DNA from: Octopus bimaculoides
Taxonomy: Eukaryota
DNA: 61,906 nt
Direction of reading: 5' to 3'
Assembly: GCF_001194135.2 (NCBI RefSeq)
Contig: NC_068983.1
Location: 96,511,309-96,573,214, forward strand
The notes under the pieces are model-generated. The model worked only from the letters and a program-made list of their open reading frames with translations. It was not told the DNA's origin and did not search any database. A program made the position numbers and the translations under genes. This document shows positions 12,929 to 25,040 of this stretch, one piece after another (the stretch's first letter is position 1; each line of letters begins with the position of its first letter).

Positions 12929-13113
12929 TTAGAGACTGAGTAAGAGAATGAGTAAGAGAGAGGGAGGGAAAAGAAAGGGGGAGTGGGGGAGTGTGAAAGA
13001 GAGATGTATTAATGTGCTCGAAATGTTAGATTATATAAAGTTATCAATATTAATATGTATTATTTCATAATCTACAATATGTAGATAAATGTGTACATGA
13101 ATTATACGCCCAC

Positions 13114-13151
<38 letters not shown>

Positions 13152-13517
13152 GTGTATGTATGTATGTAAGTATGTATGTATGTAAGTATGTATGTATGTT
13201 TGTATGTATGTATGTATGTATGTATGTATGTAGGTAGGTAGGTAGGTAGGTAGGTAGGTATGTATGCATGTGTGTGTGTGTATGTATGTATGCATGTATA
13301 GATAATGCAATAAATTACAGAACATGTAAAATGTATGTATACTTATATATGCATGCATATTTCATATATATATATATATATATANNNNNNNNNNNNNNNN
13401 NNNNNNNNNNNNNNNNNNNNNNNNNNNNNNNNNNNNNNNNNNNNNNNNNNNNNNNNNNNNNNNNNNNNNNNNNNNNNNNNNNNNNNNNNNNNNNNNNNNN
13501 NNNNNNNNNNNNNNNNN

Positions 13518-13555
<38 letters not shown>

Positions 13556-13557
<2 letters not shown>

Positions 13558-14128
13558 GAGGATCGGCTGGGAAGTTCACAGGCTCACCAAGAAGTTTACT
13601 TTTCACACCCTGCTTCCATCGTTGTTGCAGTGCTTGTATCCCATTGATGGATAAGCTTTCATCTTATTGAGCTAAAAAGTCATCAACAATAGATATGACG
13701 TCATCATCGCTCCGATACTGCATTGTACTCTCCATTGATGGTGTGGCCATTTTGAAGTTAGTCAAAAATTTGCATCCATTAAAACTGAATCTATCAGCTT
13801 CCCCTGAGAATGAAATGACATTGGCTTTCTTTGGAACTGGTGAGAAAGCATGTTTCCACCGCACGGTGTGTCTTTATCTTGCCTATTTGTCTTTGGCTCA
13901 AGTTCAGGAAGCAAACACTCATCCTGGATTAGGAAACTTTCAAGAAGACCAGCTGGATCTGCCTGATGTGACCAGCATGGTGCGCTTTTGACCAGGTGTC
14001 AGAAAACGCGGCTCTCAAATAGCAGAAACGCTCATCACGCCAAATTATCTCACCGGATATGCTAACAGCATTGGCTATTTGATTTAAAGTCAATCGCCTG
14101 TCTTCCATTACTATATGAGGAATATGTA
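13556..14128 (-). mobile_element. Mariner transposase remnant with internal deletion and right-hand TIR
   Basis: HIVMEDRRLTLNQIANAVSIS, WKHAFSPVPKKA, QNGHTINGEY joined directly to QYRSDDDVIS..GIQALQQRWK; TIR-like ACGAGGATCGGCTGGGAAGTTC at 13556. Confidence 0.8.
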
Positions 14129-14767
14129 TATATACATATAAGTACACATACACACACATACATACACACACAAACATATACATACATACATACATACATA
14201 CATACATACATACGTACGTACGTACGTACATACATACATACATACATACATACATACATACATACATACACGAGGGGCAAGCTTAACAGTGTTTTAACAA
14301 TTTCGCTTCATAGCCACGTAAGCCACTACGGGCTATTTTCGTAACGTCTTCTTCTACGGCTTTGAACGAAATATATATATAAACAGAAAGTGCGTGCAAG
14401 TGTGTCGGTCTCATACATGCTTACACGCATGCATACATACATATACACACATACGCACATTCACCNNNNNNNNNNNNNNNNNNNNNNNNNNNNNNNNNNN
14501 NNNNNNNNNNNNNNNNNNNNNNNNNNNNNNNNNNNNNNNNNNNNNNNNNNNNNNNNNNNNNNNNNNNNNNNNNNNNNNNNNNNNNNNNNNNNNNNNNNNN
14601 NNNNNNNNNNNNNNNNNNNNNNNNNNNNNNNNNNNNNNNNNNNNNNNNNNNNNNNNNNNNNNNNNNNNNNNNNNNNNNNNNNNNNNNNNNNNNNNNNNNN
14701 NNNNNNNNNNNNNNNNNNNNNNNNNNNNNNNNNNNNNNNNNNNNNNNNNNNNNNNNNNNNNNNNNNN

Positions 14768-14828
<61 letters not shown>

Positions 14829-14892
14829 ACTTCTCTCTCTTACTGCGTGTGTGTTTACATATCTATATGTAATGCTTGTAACTGGCACTCCC

Positions 14893-15203
14893 TCGGTTTC
14901 GACGACGAGGGTTCCAGTTGATTCCATCAACAGAACAGTCTCCTCGTGAAATTAACGTGCAAGTAGCTGAGCACTCTACGGACACGTGTACCTTTAACGC
15001 AGTTCTCAGGAAGATTCTGCGTGACAGAGTGTCACAAGGCTGACTCTTTGAAATAGAGCTACCACTCACTTTTTCCAACTGAGCGGACTGGAGCAATGTG
15101 AAATAAAGTGTTTTGCTCAAGGACACAACGCGTCGCCAGGAATTGAACTCACGAACTTACCATCGTAAGCCGAATACTCCTAATCACTAAGCCACGCGCC
15201 TTC
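14893..15203 (-). mobile_element. tRNA-headed SINE with GTTGTGTCCTTGAGCAAAACAC central motif
   Basis: Reverse complement starts GAAGGCGCGTGGCTTAGTGATTAGG..GTGAGTTCAATTCC; homologous to 36324-36594. Confidence 0.8.
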
Positions 15204-15540
15204 ACTGATATGTACGTATTAATTACATATCTGAGTTTGTTTGCAGGTATACTCCTGTTTTTTGTATGCAGATATGATACAACAGTGTTTGCTTTGACGA
15301 AGCAAAACAACCTCAATGAGTTACTCAGTTCCAGGAAGGAAAATGGATCTGCAGTCATGCATTTTTATGGCGTTCTTTCGTCTTTTGTACTCTAAAGCTA
15401 CAAAAGTATTCACCAATTTTCTATACGATATGCGTTTGAAAATTGACCAACAATTTTCATTCACTCAAGCAACTATTGCACAGCAAACACAAAGTCCATG
15501 AAACACCATGCTTGTAAATATTTACAGACTGCACCAGTAT

Positions 15541-15745
15541 CTTTTATCTTTTATTTGTTTCAGTCATTGGACTACGGCCATGCTGGGGCACCGCATTCAA
15601 TGGTTTCTAGTCGAACAAATCAACTCCAGTACTTACTTTCGTTTTCTTTTTACTTCTGGAACTTATTCTACTGGCCTCTTTTGACAAGCTGCTAAGTAAC
15701 AGAGACTTAAACACACCACCACCGGTGGTCAAGTTGATGGGGAGA
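15541..15745 (-). mobile_element. 3' half of the (CA/TG)n-containing SINE family
   Basis: TTGTTTCAGTCATT.GACT.CGGCCATGCTGG.GCACCGC is the reverse complement of 21120-21165. Confidence 0.75.
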
Positions 15746-16038
15746 ACAATATATTCATAAGTATAAATTGTAAACATGCTGCGTATATTGCCCATTATCG
15801 GAGTACAGGTAAACTGTTTAATCTGAGTTGTTCAAATTTACATGGAAGACATTTATAACGCTTGTTCACGATTTGTTCTCTGCATATGATTGTGGATTGT
15901 GATTTTATGACGCACTCATAGTTATATATTTACAAAATAATAAACTTCTCCAGTGTATGTACTGATTTTAGACTTACTGAAGGACTCTAAGGTTATGTTT
16001 GCAAGTGCTCCCGGAGTGTCGTATGTGTAACCATGTTC

Positions 16039-16238
16039 GGTGACCGGTAATAAAGTGACAGGAAAAAAGTCACAGTAATAAAGTCCCTATTCGGGCTAGG
16101 AAAAAAAGTCACACGAAAAATGTCGCAATTTATGGGATCCGGAAAAAAAACCCCTTAGGACAAAACCCCCCAGGCATTTTTTTCCCGTTAGTTTATTACA
16201 GTGACTTTTTGTCCTGCGACTTTTTTTTACCTGGACTC
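16039..16238. mobile_element. ~200 bp MITE with ~45 bp imperfect TIRs built from GGAAAAAAGTCAC units
   Basis: Left ACCGGTAATAAAGTGACAGGAAAAAAGTCACAGTAATAAA vs right (reverse complement) CCAGGTAAAAAAAAGTCGCAGGACAAAAAGTCACTGTAATAAA. Confidence 0.6.
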
Positions 16239-17339
16239 ATTTGTTCAAGGACAGGACTTAATGTAATAAATTGTTTTGAATATCTTCGCTTCTCTGTTTT
16301 CAACAACTGAATTCTTGATTTCCAGATCAACTTTAGGGTTGATAAGGCTTCAGTTACATTTGGGACCCTTGAGATACGAATATGGTAATGCAAATTTTCT
16401 ATCAAGCTTTGTATCATCACATCCCTTTTATATTTGTCTGAGACACAGATGAAATATCGATGACACATTATAATATTCGGAAGATTTCAACACAAATAAC
16501 AAAGGCATATTGATCATAGAGCTAGAAATCTTTTACAGCTGACGTACAAGTGCTTGAATAGGCAGGCTGTCTCAAGATGGAAGTTCACCTCAGCAAGTAA
16601 CATATGTGATGGGTTGGTTATGTCATGCGTATTGGTAATTTCACTTTTCCAAAACAATTAGTGCGAAGTGCTTCTCGGTAAGCGTCCCGGCAGAAGATCC
16701 ACCCCAACCCTCCAATAGAAAAAAGAACATTTTTCATGACGTCACAAAAACAACCTTATGCCCTTCAATTGTTAATTTGGAGGATCACACGAAACAGAGG
16801 TCATCGACCTCGTGTATGTTGAGAAAAATCGTATTATATATTAAATAGTGAAACGTAATGCCCGAAACTTGAAACAGTTGAAGTTCTGCATGGTAGTAGG
16901 GTAAGAGGGAACACACTTGCATTGATGATGGTCATATTGAACTTCTAAATGTCTGTCTTGTCGTTCGTGAAGTGTCACTTGCTAGGTGGTCAAGATAGAA
17001 AACTTATATGCACACAACTCTAACAGCACAACTGCAGCAACACAGTTCATTACGAGCACATACACTACCGATTTGAAAATCAGTTTTAGACATATGCACA
17101 AGGATGCAACACCTGATGAAGAGATCCTTAATGGAATTCTGTCGCTACATTTGTCACAAAAGTGTTAAAACAAATCCCGGGCTATCAAAACTATTAGTCA
17201 TGTCTCAATGTGAAAGTTGTTATGCTCTATTTGAAAGTGGCAACACACAATGTGAAAGTGTGTGTTATAGTGACTATTAACTCAACGAAGTTGAGCTGAT
17301 GGCCACTATAACACACACACACACACACACATCTACTGT

Positions 17340-17465
17340 CGTTCCGAGTCAGAACGGACCTGGGAGTTATGGTAACCAAAGGATGAATCCACTCTGCCCA
17401 CAACTCCTGAATTCCCGAACTTAAGTCTCACCACCTAATGCAGTTTAACGTTACACCTAGGAGAT
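17340..17465 (+). mobile_element. Dispersed repeat fragment (CCGAGTCAGA.CGGACCTGGGAG...GCAGTTT family)
   Basis: Recalled as a common dispersed repeat of this genome type; only one copy in the window, so weakly supported. Confidence 0.4.
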
Positions 17466-17761
17466 ACATGCATACAACGCATATATATACACATATCGTA
17501 GCTTATTTTTTATATGTTGTGGTAGGATGTAATTTGGGTTAAACTGTACTGCTATTTCTTGATGGCTTGTTATTAGTGATTGTTATATGGCGTGTGAATA
17601 TAGTAAAGTCTACAGAAAATCTAAGTAGTGAGTTCAAAGAATAATGACGAAATAAACATCGGAAGACGGTATAACAGGGGAGAGAAGGAATGAAGAATTA
17701 GATTGAGCTAAGTAGTCGGGTCATCGTCCCAGTTTGTGTGTGTGTGTGTGTGTGTGTTTCT

Positions 17762-17813
<52 letters not shown>

Positions 17814-18469
17814 CTGTGTGTTTCTGTGTGTTTTCGTGTGTAAGAAATCGGACGTTAACAGTAAAACTTGATTTTTTTTTAAGTGGTTGGTCAATAACCA
17901 AAGCAGAAAGAAAAATCGACATCGACAGCAAGAAAAGAATACAAGAAAAGGGGGATGAGGAGTAAAATTATAAGGGGGGGGGGAAGTTGGCGATAGACAA
18001 AGTAATAATGAAAGGAAAGTTACGTGATTTATCAACCAAATAGCGGCATGATGAAAAGCAAAGTTGAAATAACACTATATATCATATAATTGCATACGTA
18101 TGTGTTTATCTATTAAGTGTACGTGTTTCTTTATATATGACAGTGTAAAGTTGTGTGTTTACTGATAGATATATTTGTGTGGTGTTGTCTACAGAAGCAT
18201 ATATATAGGCACTCTGAAGCACACAAAATCACGCACTCACAAATACACACGTGCATACTATCGATTACGCACATATACACACACATACACACAAACAGTC
18301 AAACACAAACACACACAAATGGGTTAAGATTTCGACCGGGAGTCTTCTCGATTGTTAAAATAGAACTACCAATAGCTGCCTTGGTTGTATAATAAAAAAA
18401 TAAAATTCATGTTAGATAAGAATTATATTTGCATTTATGTGTGTGTAATATATATATATATATATATAT

Positions 18470-19125
18470 ATATATGACGAAAGCCACTAAGTGGTGATTT
18501 CCTTATATGCTGAAAGTAGACGTCAAATCGTCTAGCTACGAAAAATGCGCTCTCGTTTAACGACGCTTTGGATGTACTCGCGCGCAAGACTGTGAAAATA
18601 TATAAAAAGACCAGTTAATTCCATACTTCGAAGTTTCACCATTAATAATTAAACAACTATCCTTGGATCTTCAGTGGAATCCGCTGGGGAGACATAATAA
18701 TAGAACTCGAATACACACCATCTCCTCCGTGAAAGGACATACGTGCGTATAGAATTCCACCATTATATATCATGAGTTCAATTCAAATGTCTTCAACCAA
18801 CGCGCCAAGCCAGAATAAATCAGCAGTGAATTACTCGACTCGAGAACTAAAATATTTAGAAATATAAATACCAAGAGTAAGAATCATTAATAAAAAATAA
18901 CAATTAATACCAGTGGCCAGCATGGCTAAAAAAAAAGACGTTCAAGGACTGAAAATTATATTCAAATATATAAGATAAGAGGAAAGCTACTAAGTGGTTT
19001 CCTTACATGCTGAAAGTAGACGCCAAATGAGAAAGCATTTTCCGTGGTTAGACGATTTGCCAACCACTTTCCGCATGTAAGGAAACCACTCAGTGGCTTT
19101 CCTTTTATCTTATATATTTGAATAT
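18470..19125. mobile_element. Fold-back/MITE-like element with long TIRs and a duplicated left end
   Basis: 18478-18560 and 18958-19017 are both inverted copies of the 19025-19125 segment. Confidence 0.75.
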
Positions 19126-19227
19126 TATTTGCAGTTCTTTTGAACGTTTTTCACGCATGCTTTCTACTGGTAAAAATAGTTATTTTTTAATAATTTTTAC
19201 CCTGTGTGTGTTGTATGTGCGCGTAAA

Positions 19228-19535
19228 CAGTAATCTTCCGACTATCGCGGGTGTTACGTTCTACCCTGTATATATTTGTTATTATTTTTATAATTTGTAT
19301 ATATTTATTTTTTTTATAAATGCAAAGCAACACCACACACTCACTTCCCGAGTTTCGTTTTCCATACAGCATATGCGATTCTTTATTTACTCATCTACGG
19401 TACACTTACCTATCGGCCGCAGAAACCCGCGATACACTGAGGAGTCCACGATATAAATTTGCATATATTGGCCAGAAAAATCCGCGATGTACTGAGGGCG
19501 CGATAGGTGAACCGCGATATGGTGAGTGATTACTG
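19228..19535. mobile_element. Tigger/pogo-type MITE (308 bp)
   Basis: TIRs CAGTAATCTTCCGACTATCGCGG and (reverse complement) CAGTAATCACTCACCATATCGCGG; TA follows the right end. Confidence 0.8.
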
Positions 19536-19545
19536 TATATTTAAA

Positions 19546-19592
<47 letters not shown>

Positions 19593-19719
19593 TTATATAT
19601 TCACACACACATACACAGACATATAAAATACATATATATACATGCACATGCATGCACATGCATGCACATACACATACATCCACACATATTGTCTCCCTTG
19701 CCACTCACGCCACAAACCC

Positions 19720-19920
19720 ATTTCTTCCTCTTTCGATCATTTCACCATCCAGAGACCGTCTACTTACACGTGCTTGTTTTCACTTTATTTCTCTCTCTCC
19801 TCATCTATCCTTTTCGTAGAAGAGTGTAGGTCGGAAACGTTAAAGACTTCTTCCAATTTTCCTCAGCGTCAACTCACCCTGTTTGTTCTTCTACATCGTC
19901 ATCGGTTTGTTTTTCATTTT
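19720..19920 (+). mobile_element. Penelope-like pLTR fragment with decayed hammerhead-like motif
   Basis: CTTTT-CGTAGA-A-GAGTGTAGGTC-GGAAACGTT-AAAG at 19810-19845; same layout as the motif at 8365-8331. Confidence 0.5.
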
Positions 19921-19997
19921 TTTTTTACCATATGAAATGAGGAAAATGAGGTAACATATAGAAGAGCTTAAGAATTATCTATTTATATTTAAGAATG

Positions 19998-20030
<33 letters not shown>

Positions 20031-20317
20031 CATTCAATTATTTCAGGTTTCTTGCCAATAAAGAATTTCAACATCAACAAGGTATTTTTGTATGTATCTA
20101 TATGTGTAGATTTGTATGTTTTGTTTTATGTATGTATTCTCATGCATATTGGTGCATGTCTAGACATGCTCATATATACTTAAATGATAGCTTCTGGAAA
20201 GTTGTACAGATTTTTACAGTTCCAGTGATGACTTAGATCGGTAGTCTCCGAATTAGCTTTCTCCTTTCTGGTTTTGAGAAGCCTAATTTCTTAATATTGG
20301 TATTTAGGTAGTGTGTT
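20031..20317 (-). mobile_element. R4/Dong-type LINE 3' end, same family as 3790-4513
   Basis: KKLGFSKPERRKLIRRLPI*VITGTVKICTTFQKLSF* plus matching 3'UTR; (CATA)n at the 5' side, (CA)n at the 3' side. Confidence 0.85.
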
Positions 20318-20959
20318 ATGTATGTATGTATGTAATTGAGTATACTCAATTATCGAAGCGATGGATTCTAAAAGAATAAATTCCAAGTTTGCAAGTTTTA
20401 AAATTTTCTACCCCATCTAATCTTACTACTCACAAATGCCATATTTCTAAGCTTATATCCATGACATGCTGTATATGTTGGGCAATCATTATCTAGGAAA
20501 TTTATCAAAGGATCAGATTTTATTGTTTAGCTCAGATTAGCCGTTGAAACAAATACTGGTGTTATTTTGTATAAGCCTTGAAATGTAATATCAACTTTCT
20601 AAAGATTAATATCGCTGAGTTTTCCTACNNNNNNNNNNNNNNNNNNNNNNNNNNNNNNNNNNNNNNNNNNNNNNNNNNNNNNNNNNNNNNNNNNNNNNNN
20701 NNNNNNNNNNNNNNNNNNNNNNNNNNNNNNNNNNNNNNNNNNNNNNNNNNNNNNNNNNNNNNNNNNNNNNNNNNNNNNNNNNNNNNNNNNNNNNNNNNNN
20801 NNNNNNNNNNNNNNNNNNNNNNNNNNNNNNNNNNNNNNNNNNNNNNNNNNNNNNNNNNNNNNNNNNNNNNNNNNNNNNNNNNNNNNNNNNNNNNNNNNNN
20901 NNNNNNNNNNNNNNNNNNNNNNNNNNNNNNNNNNNNNNNNNNNNNNTATATATATATAA

Positions 20960-21172
20960 CTCTGTGTATGTGTTTGTCCTCTACCATCGCTTGACAACCG
21001 ATGTTGGTGCGTTCATGTCCCCATAATCCAGCAGTATGGCAAAAACGACCGATAGAATAAGTGCTAGGCTTACAAAGAATAAGTCCTGGGGTCGGTTTCC
21101 TCAACTAAAACCCTTCAAGGCGGTGCTCCAGCATGGCTGCAGTCAAATGACTGAAACAAGTAAAAGAATAAT
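20960..21172 (+). mobile_element. 3' half of the (CA/TG)n-containing SINE family
   Basis: ACCATCGCTTGACAACCGATG...GGTGCTCCAGCATGGCTGCAGTCAAATGACTGAAACAAGTAAAAGA. Confidence 0.85.
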
Positions 21173-21998
21173 AATATATTTATTGACTTCATCTGAATCT
21201 CTGTCGGAATCATCGTGGGACGATTTAGATTCAGTAGAATCAGAATGACACATAGAATCTCAAAATTTATGTATCATTTAAGTTTGAAATATTTGGCACG
21301 AATATTCGACAATTAAGTTAGAGAGAAAAATGAGGTAACACATAGAAGAGCTTAAGAATTATCTATTTATATTTAAGAATATATATATATATCTTTAGTT
21401 TTATTTTAAAAGGATGTTTGTGTCATAACTCCTAAAGGGAACATGTTGGCCTGACAACTGACAAGAAAGACATTAACTGCTCCAGCAAGTGTTTATCTGT
21501 TCATAATCAGGCGTTTGATTCATATTCTTTGTAACTGCCAACATATATCTTGTGTTGTTATTGTGTTGCAGCATTGTTCTAGAGATGCATGCAAAGATCT
21601 AGCGTGGATGCATTTACTTTTTATAAGTGGTCGGATGATCTTCATAATGAAAAGCCTCCAAACTTTTGGCATTTAGCTTTTGTTATTTTTCAAGGAAGTC
21701 TAGTCTACAATTTGTGAAGTGTTTCACAACATTAACTCTGTGTGTTTGCTTGTCTGTTTGTGTGTGTGTATGTGTGTGTGTGTGTGTGTGCGTGCGTGCG
21801 TGTGTGTGTCTGTATGTGTGCGCGCGCGCGCGTATGTGTGTGTGTTAATTTTGCGGTCACTTGGATACGGGTGCGACAGTGCAACACCTTAGACAAGAGT
21901 ATTCTGCTATTGCCTTGGAATGTCTTGTGAATGGAATTTGGTAGAACACACAGACGCACACACACACATGCGCACACACACCACACACACACAGACAC

Positions 21999-22061
<63 letters not shown>

Positions 22062-23707
22062 CACATACACAAAAACACATATCTCTATCTGTCTATCTAC
22101 TAGTGTGTGTGTGTGTGTGTGTGTGTTGGTGTGTGTGTGTGTGTGTGTGTGTGTTGGTATTCCAATCATGAGGACCCGGTTTCTATCCGACAGTCTAGTA
22201 TTTTCGCGAAGGATCATTCTTTCTGGCTTCGAGCTGCTCCACGTCTTTCGATTGGCATAAAATGTGTGAGAATTTTATTGGATACAGTGAAACTCTGATT
22301 CAGAGATCCAGCCTTTTCACAGGAGTCACGATTATGCGGCATCAAAATAACATTAAGGAATACTCAGCCACTTACATGCATGTGGAATACTTGGCCACTT
22401 ACATGCTAACGCAATAAACTGAGTTGTTTAGTGGATCGAACACGTGGTCGAAAATTCCAGCACACACACATGTGAATGTGTGTTTGTGTGTCTGTGAGTG
22501 TGTGTACGTGTATATATGTATGCATATATATATATATATATANNNNNNNNNNNNNNNNNNNNNNNNNNNNNNNNNNNNNNNNNNNNNNNNNNNNNNNNNN
22601 NNNNNNNNNNNNNNNNNNNNNNNNNNNNNNNNNNNNNNNNNNNNNNNNNNNNNNNNNNNNNNNNNNNNNNNNNNNNNNNNNNNNNNNNNNNNNNNNNNNN
22701 NNNNNNNNNNNNNNNNNNNNNNNNNNNNNNNNNNNNNNNNNNNNNNNNNNNNNNNNNNNNNNNNNNNNNNNNNNNNNNNNNNNNNNNNNNNNNNNNNNNN
22801 NNNNNNNNNNNNNNNNNNNNTATATATATATATATATATGTATGTATATACATATACATATTCATAAATATATTCCTTTGTAAGCATTCACAAACACACA
22901 CACACACATATATGTATATACGCACACGCACACAAACACACAGATCAGTAATTACATAGTTATGTACGCCGGTTTACACTGACACAAACGTACACGTAGG
23001 CAATTAAACACACATGACATACAATGGCGTGTGCAAACACCATCACATATATGCTAACATAGCATTGTTCAGTCTCGCATGCGGTGTCTAGTTGAAGAGT
23101 TGGGGCTGTGTAATGTCATATCTGTTAGCAGCCAATTATTGTCTGTATTCGCTAGCTTCACCTTTCAAACACCTTTTACTACCACTTGAAAGATCAAAAT
23201 AACCTGCTGTTTCTCTTGTTGGAAGCAATTTCTGTCGAGGTTGAACAATCATTCAAGCTATTTACCGTTTATATGCTAGACTTAGATATAGCGTGGCTGT
23301 GAAAAACTACAGCATGAGTCAGCTGCAATAGAATATAATAAGCATAGACTTTGAGCGCCACTCGCCATTGTGGTCAATGTAGCCGACATATTGGAGAAGT
23401 GGGGAAAGGGTAAGTAGTGCCAACGAGAAGAAATACTAGCGTGCAATATGACAGCTTGTTAAATAGGGGCAAAGTAAAGCTATTTAGGGAGATCGGAGCG
23501 AATGGCAAGTTTCTTGAGAGTCAAATTCGATCGTTGTACACGGATAGCTTGTTGTGTATTTCATCTGAATTCCATTGGCGCCCTAATCGAGAAATACTCG
23601 CACTCTCTGTTACTGTCTCTAAATCTGTTAGAGACAGTAGCTCACATTCTCTATATGTATGTGTGTATACATACATATATATAGTTATATATATGTATGT
23701 ATCTTTG

Positions 23708-23750
<43 letters not shown>

Positions 23751-24070
23751 ACTTGGGGATGGTCATGTTGCCAGTTTAGCCAATAAAAACACACGCACTG
23801 TATATTTGGTGTTAATTTTCTTTTTTTTTTTTTTCAGCTTTATATTACATTAATCTTAATCTTAATCTTATATATATATATATATATGAATTTAGGTAAA
23901 AATAGCACTGGTAAAACTGGCACAATAAGCTTACTGAAATATACACTATTGGCTCGTAGTCCGAATTTTACTAGTTCCATTTTTTACTCTATACATACAT
24001 ACATACATGCATGCATACATACATACAAACATACATACATACATACATACATACATAAATATATACATAC

Positions 24071-24121
<51 letters not shown>

Positions 24122-24476
24122 NNNNNNNNNNNNNNNNNNNNNNNNNNNNNNNNNNNNNNNNNNNNNNNNNNNNNNNNNNNNNNNNNNNNNNNNNNNNNNN
24201 NNNNNNNNNNNNNNNNNNNNNNNNNNNNNNNNNNNNNNNNNNNNNNNNNNNNNNNNNNNNNNNNNNNNNNNNNNNNNNNNNNNNNNNNNNNNNNNNNNNN
24301 NNNNNNNNNNNNNNNNNNNNNNNNNNNNNNNNNNNNNNNNNNNNNNNNNNNNNNNNNNNNNNNNNNNNNNNNNNNNNNNNNNNNNNNNNNNNNNNNNNNN
24401 NNNNNNNNNNNNNNNNNNNNNNNNNNNNNNNNNNNNNNNNNNNNNNNNNNNNNNNNNNNNNNNNNNNNNNNNNATA

Positions 24477-24509
<33 letters not shown>

Positions 24510-24664
24510 GTATATATATTCACACTGAGGAAGAGAGAAAGAGAGATAGAGAGAGAGAGAGAGAGAGTATGTGTGTGTAGTATTATATGACGTTATACAT
24601 ACATATACCTTGGTATCTGAATGTAGCATAATGTATGTATATTTGCATTTGTGTATTTATTTCA

Positions 24665-24960
24665 TCATCATTATCGTCCAGTGTTTTAGATCCGAGTTTT
24701 GTCCCCGTTAACGGGGGTGACCGGACCTACGTGAATGCCATGGCAACCTCTGGGCTGGCTGCCACCCATTCTCCCTTGCTATCATGAGGCTTATTTGAAG
24801 CTGGATTTTCTACGGGGAGTATGCCCTTGCTTACCCCAACCACATTTTCCATACATGAACGGTGCCGAGACAAAGGCCTCTACCGCGATTTTTAAGAAAT
24901 GTGGTGGAAATCTAACTCAGGAAGGCAGGGACGCTACTCCCTGAGACCCTATTCGGAGCG
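24665..24960 (-). mobile_element. SINE-like element with RTE-type 3' segment
   Basis: Plus-strand GCTGGATTTTCTACGGGGAGTATGCCCTTGCTTACCCCAACC resembles the RTE-associated tail motif; (CAT) tail at 24661-24672. Confidence 0.45.
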
Positions 24961-24977
24961 CCTTATGTATGTATGTA

Positions 24978-25040
<63 letters not shown>

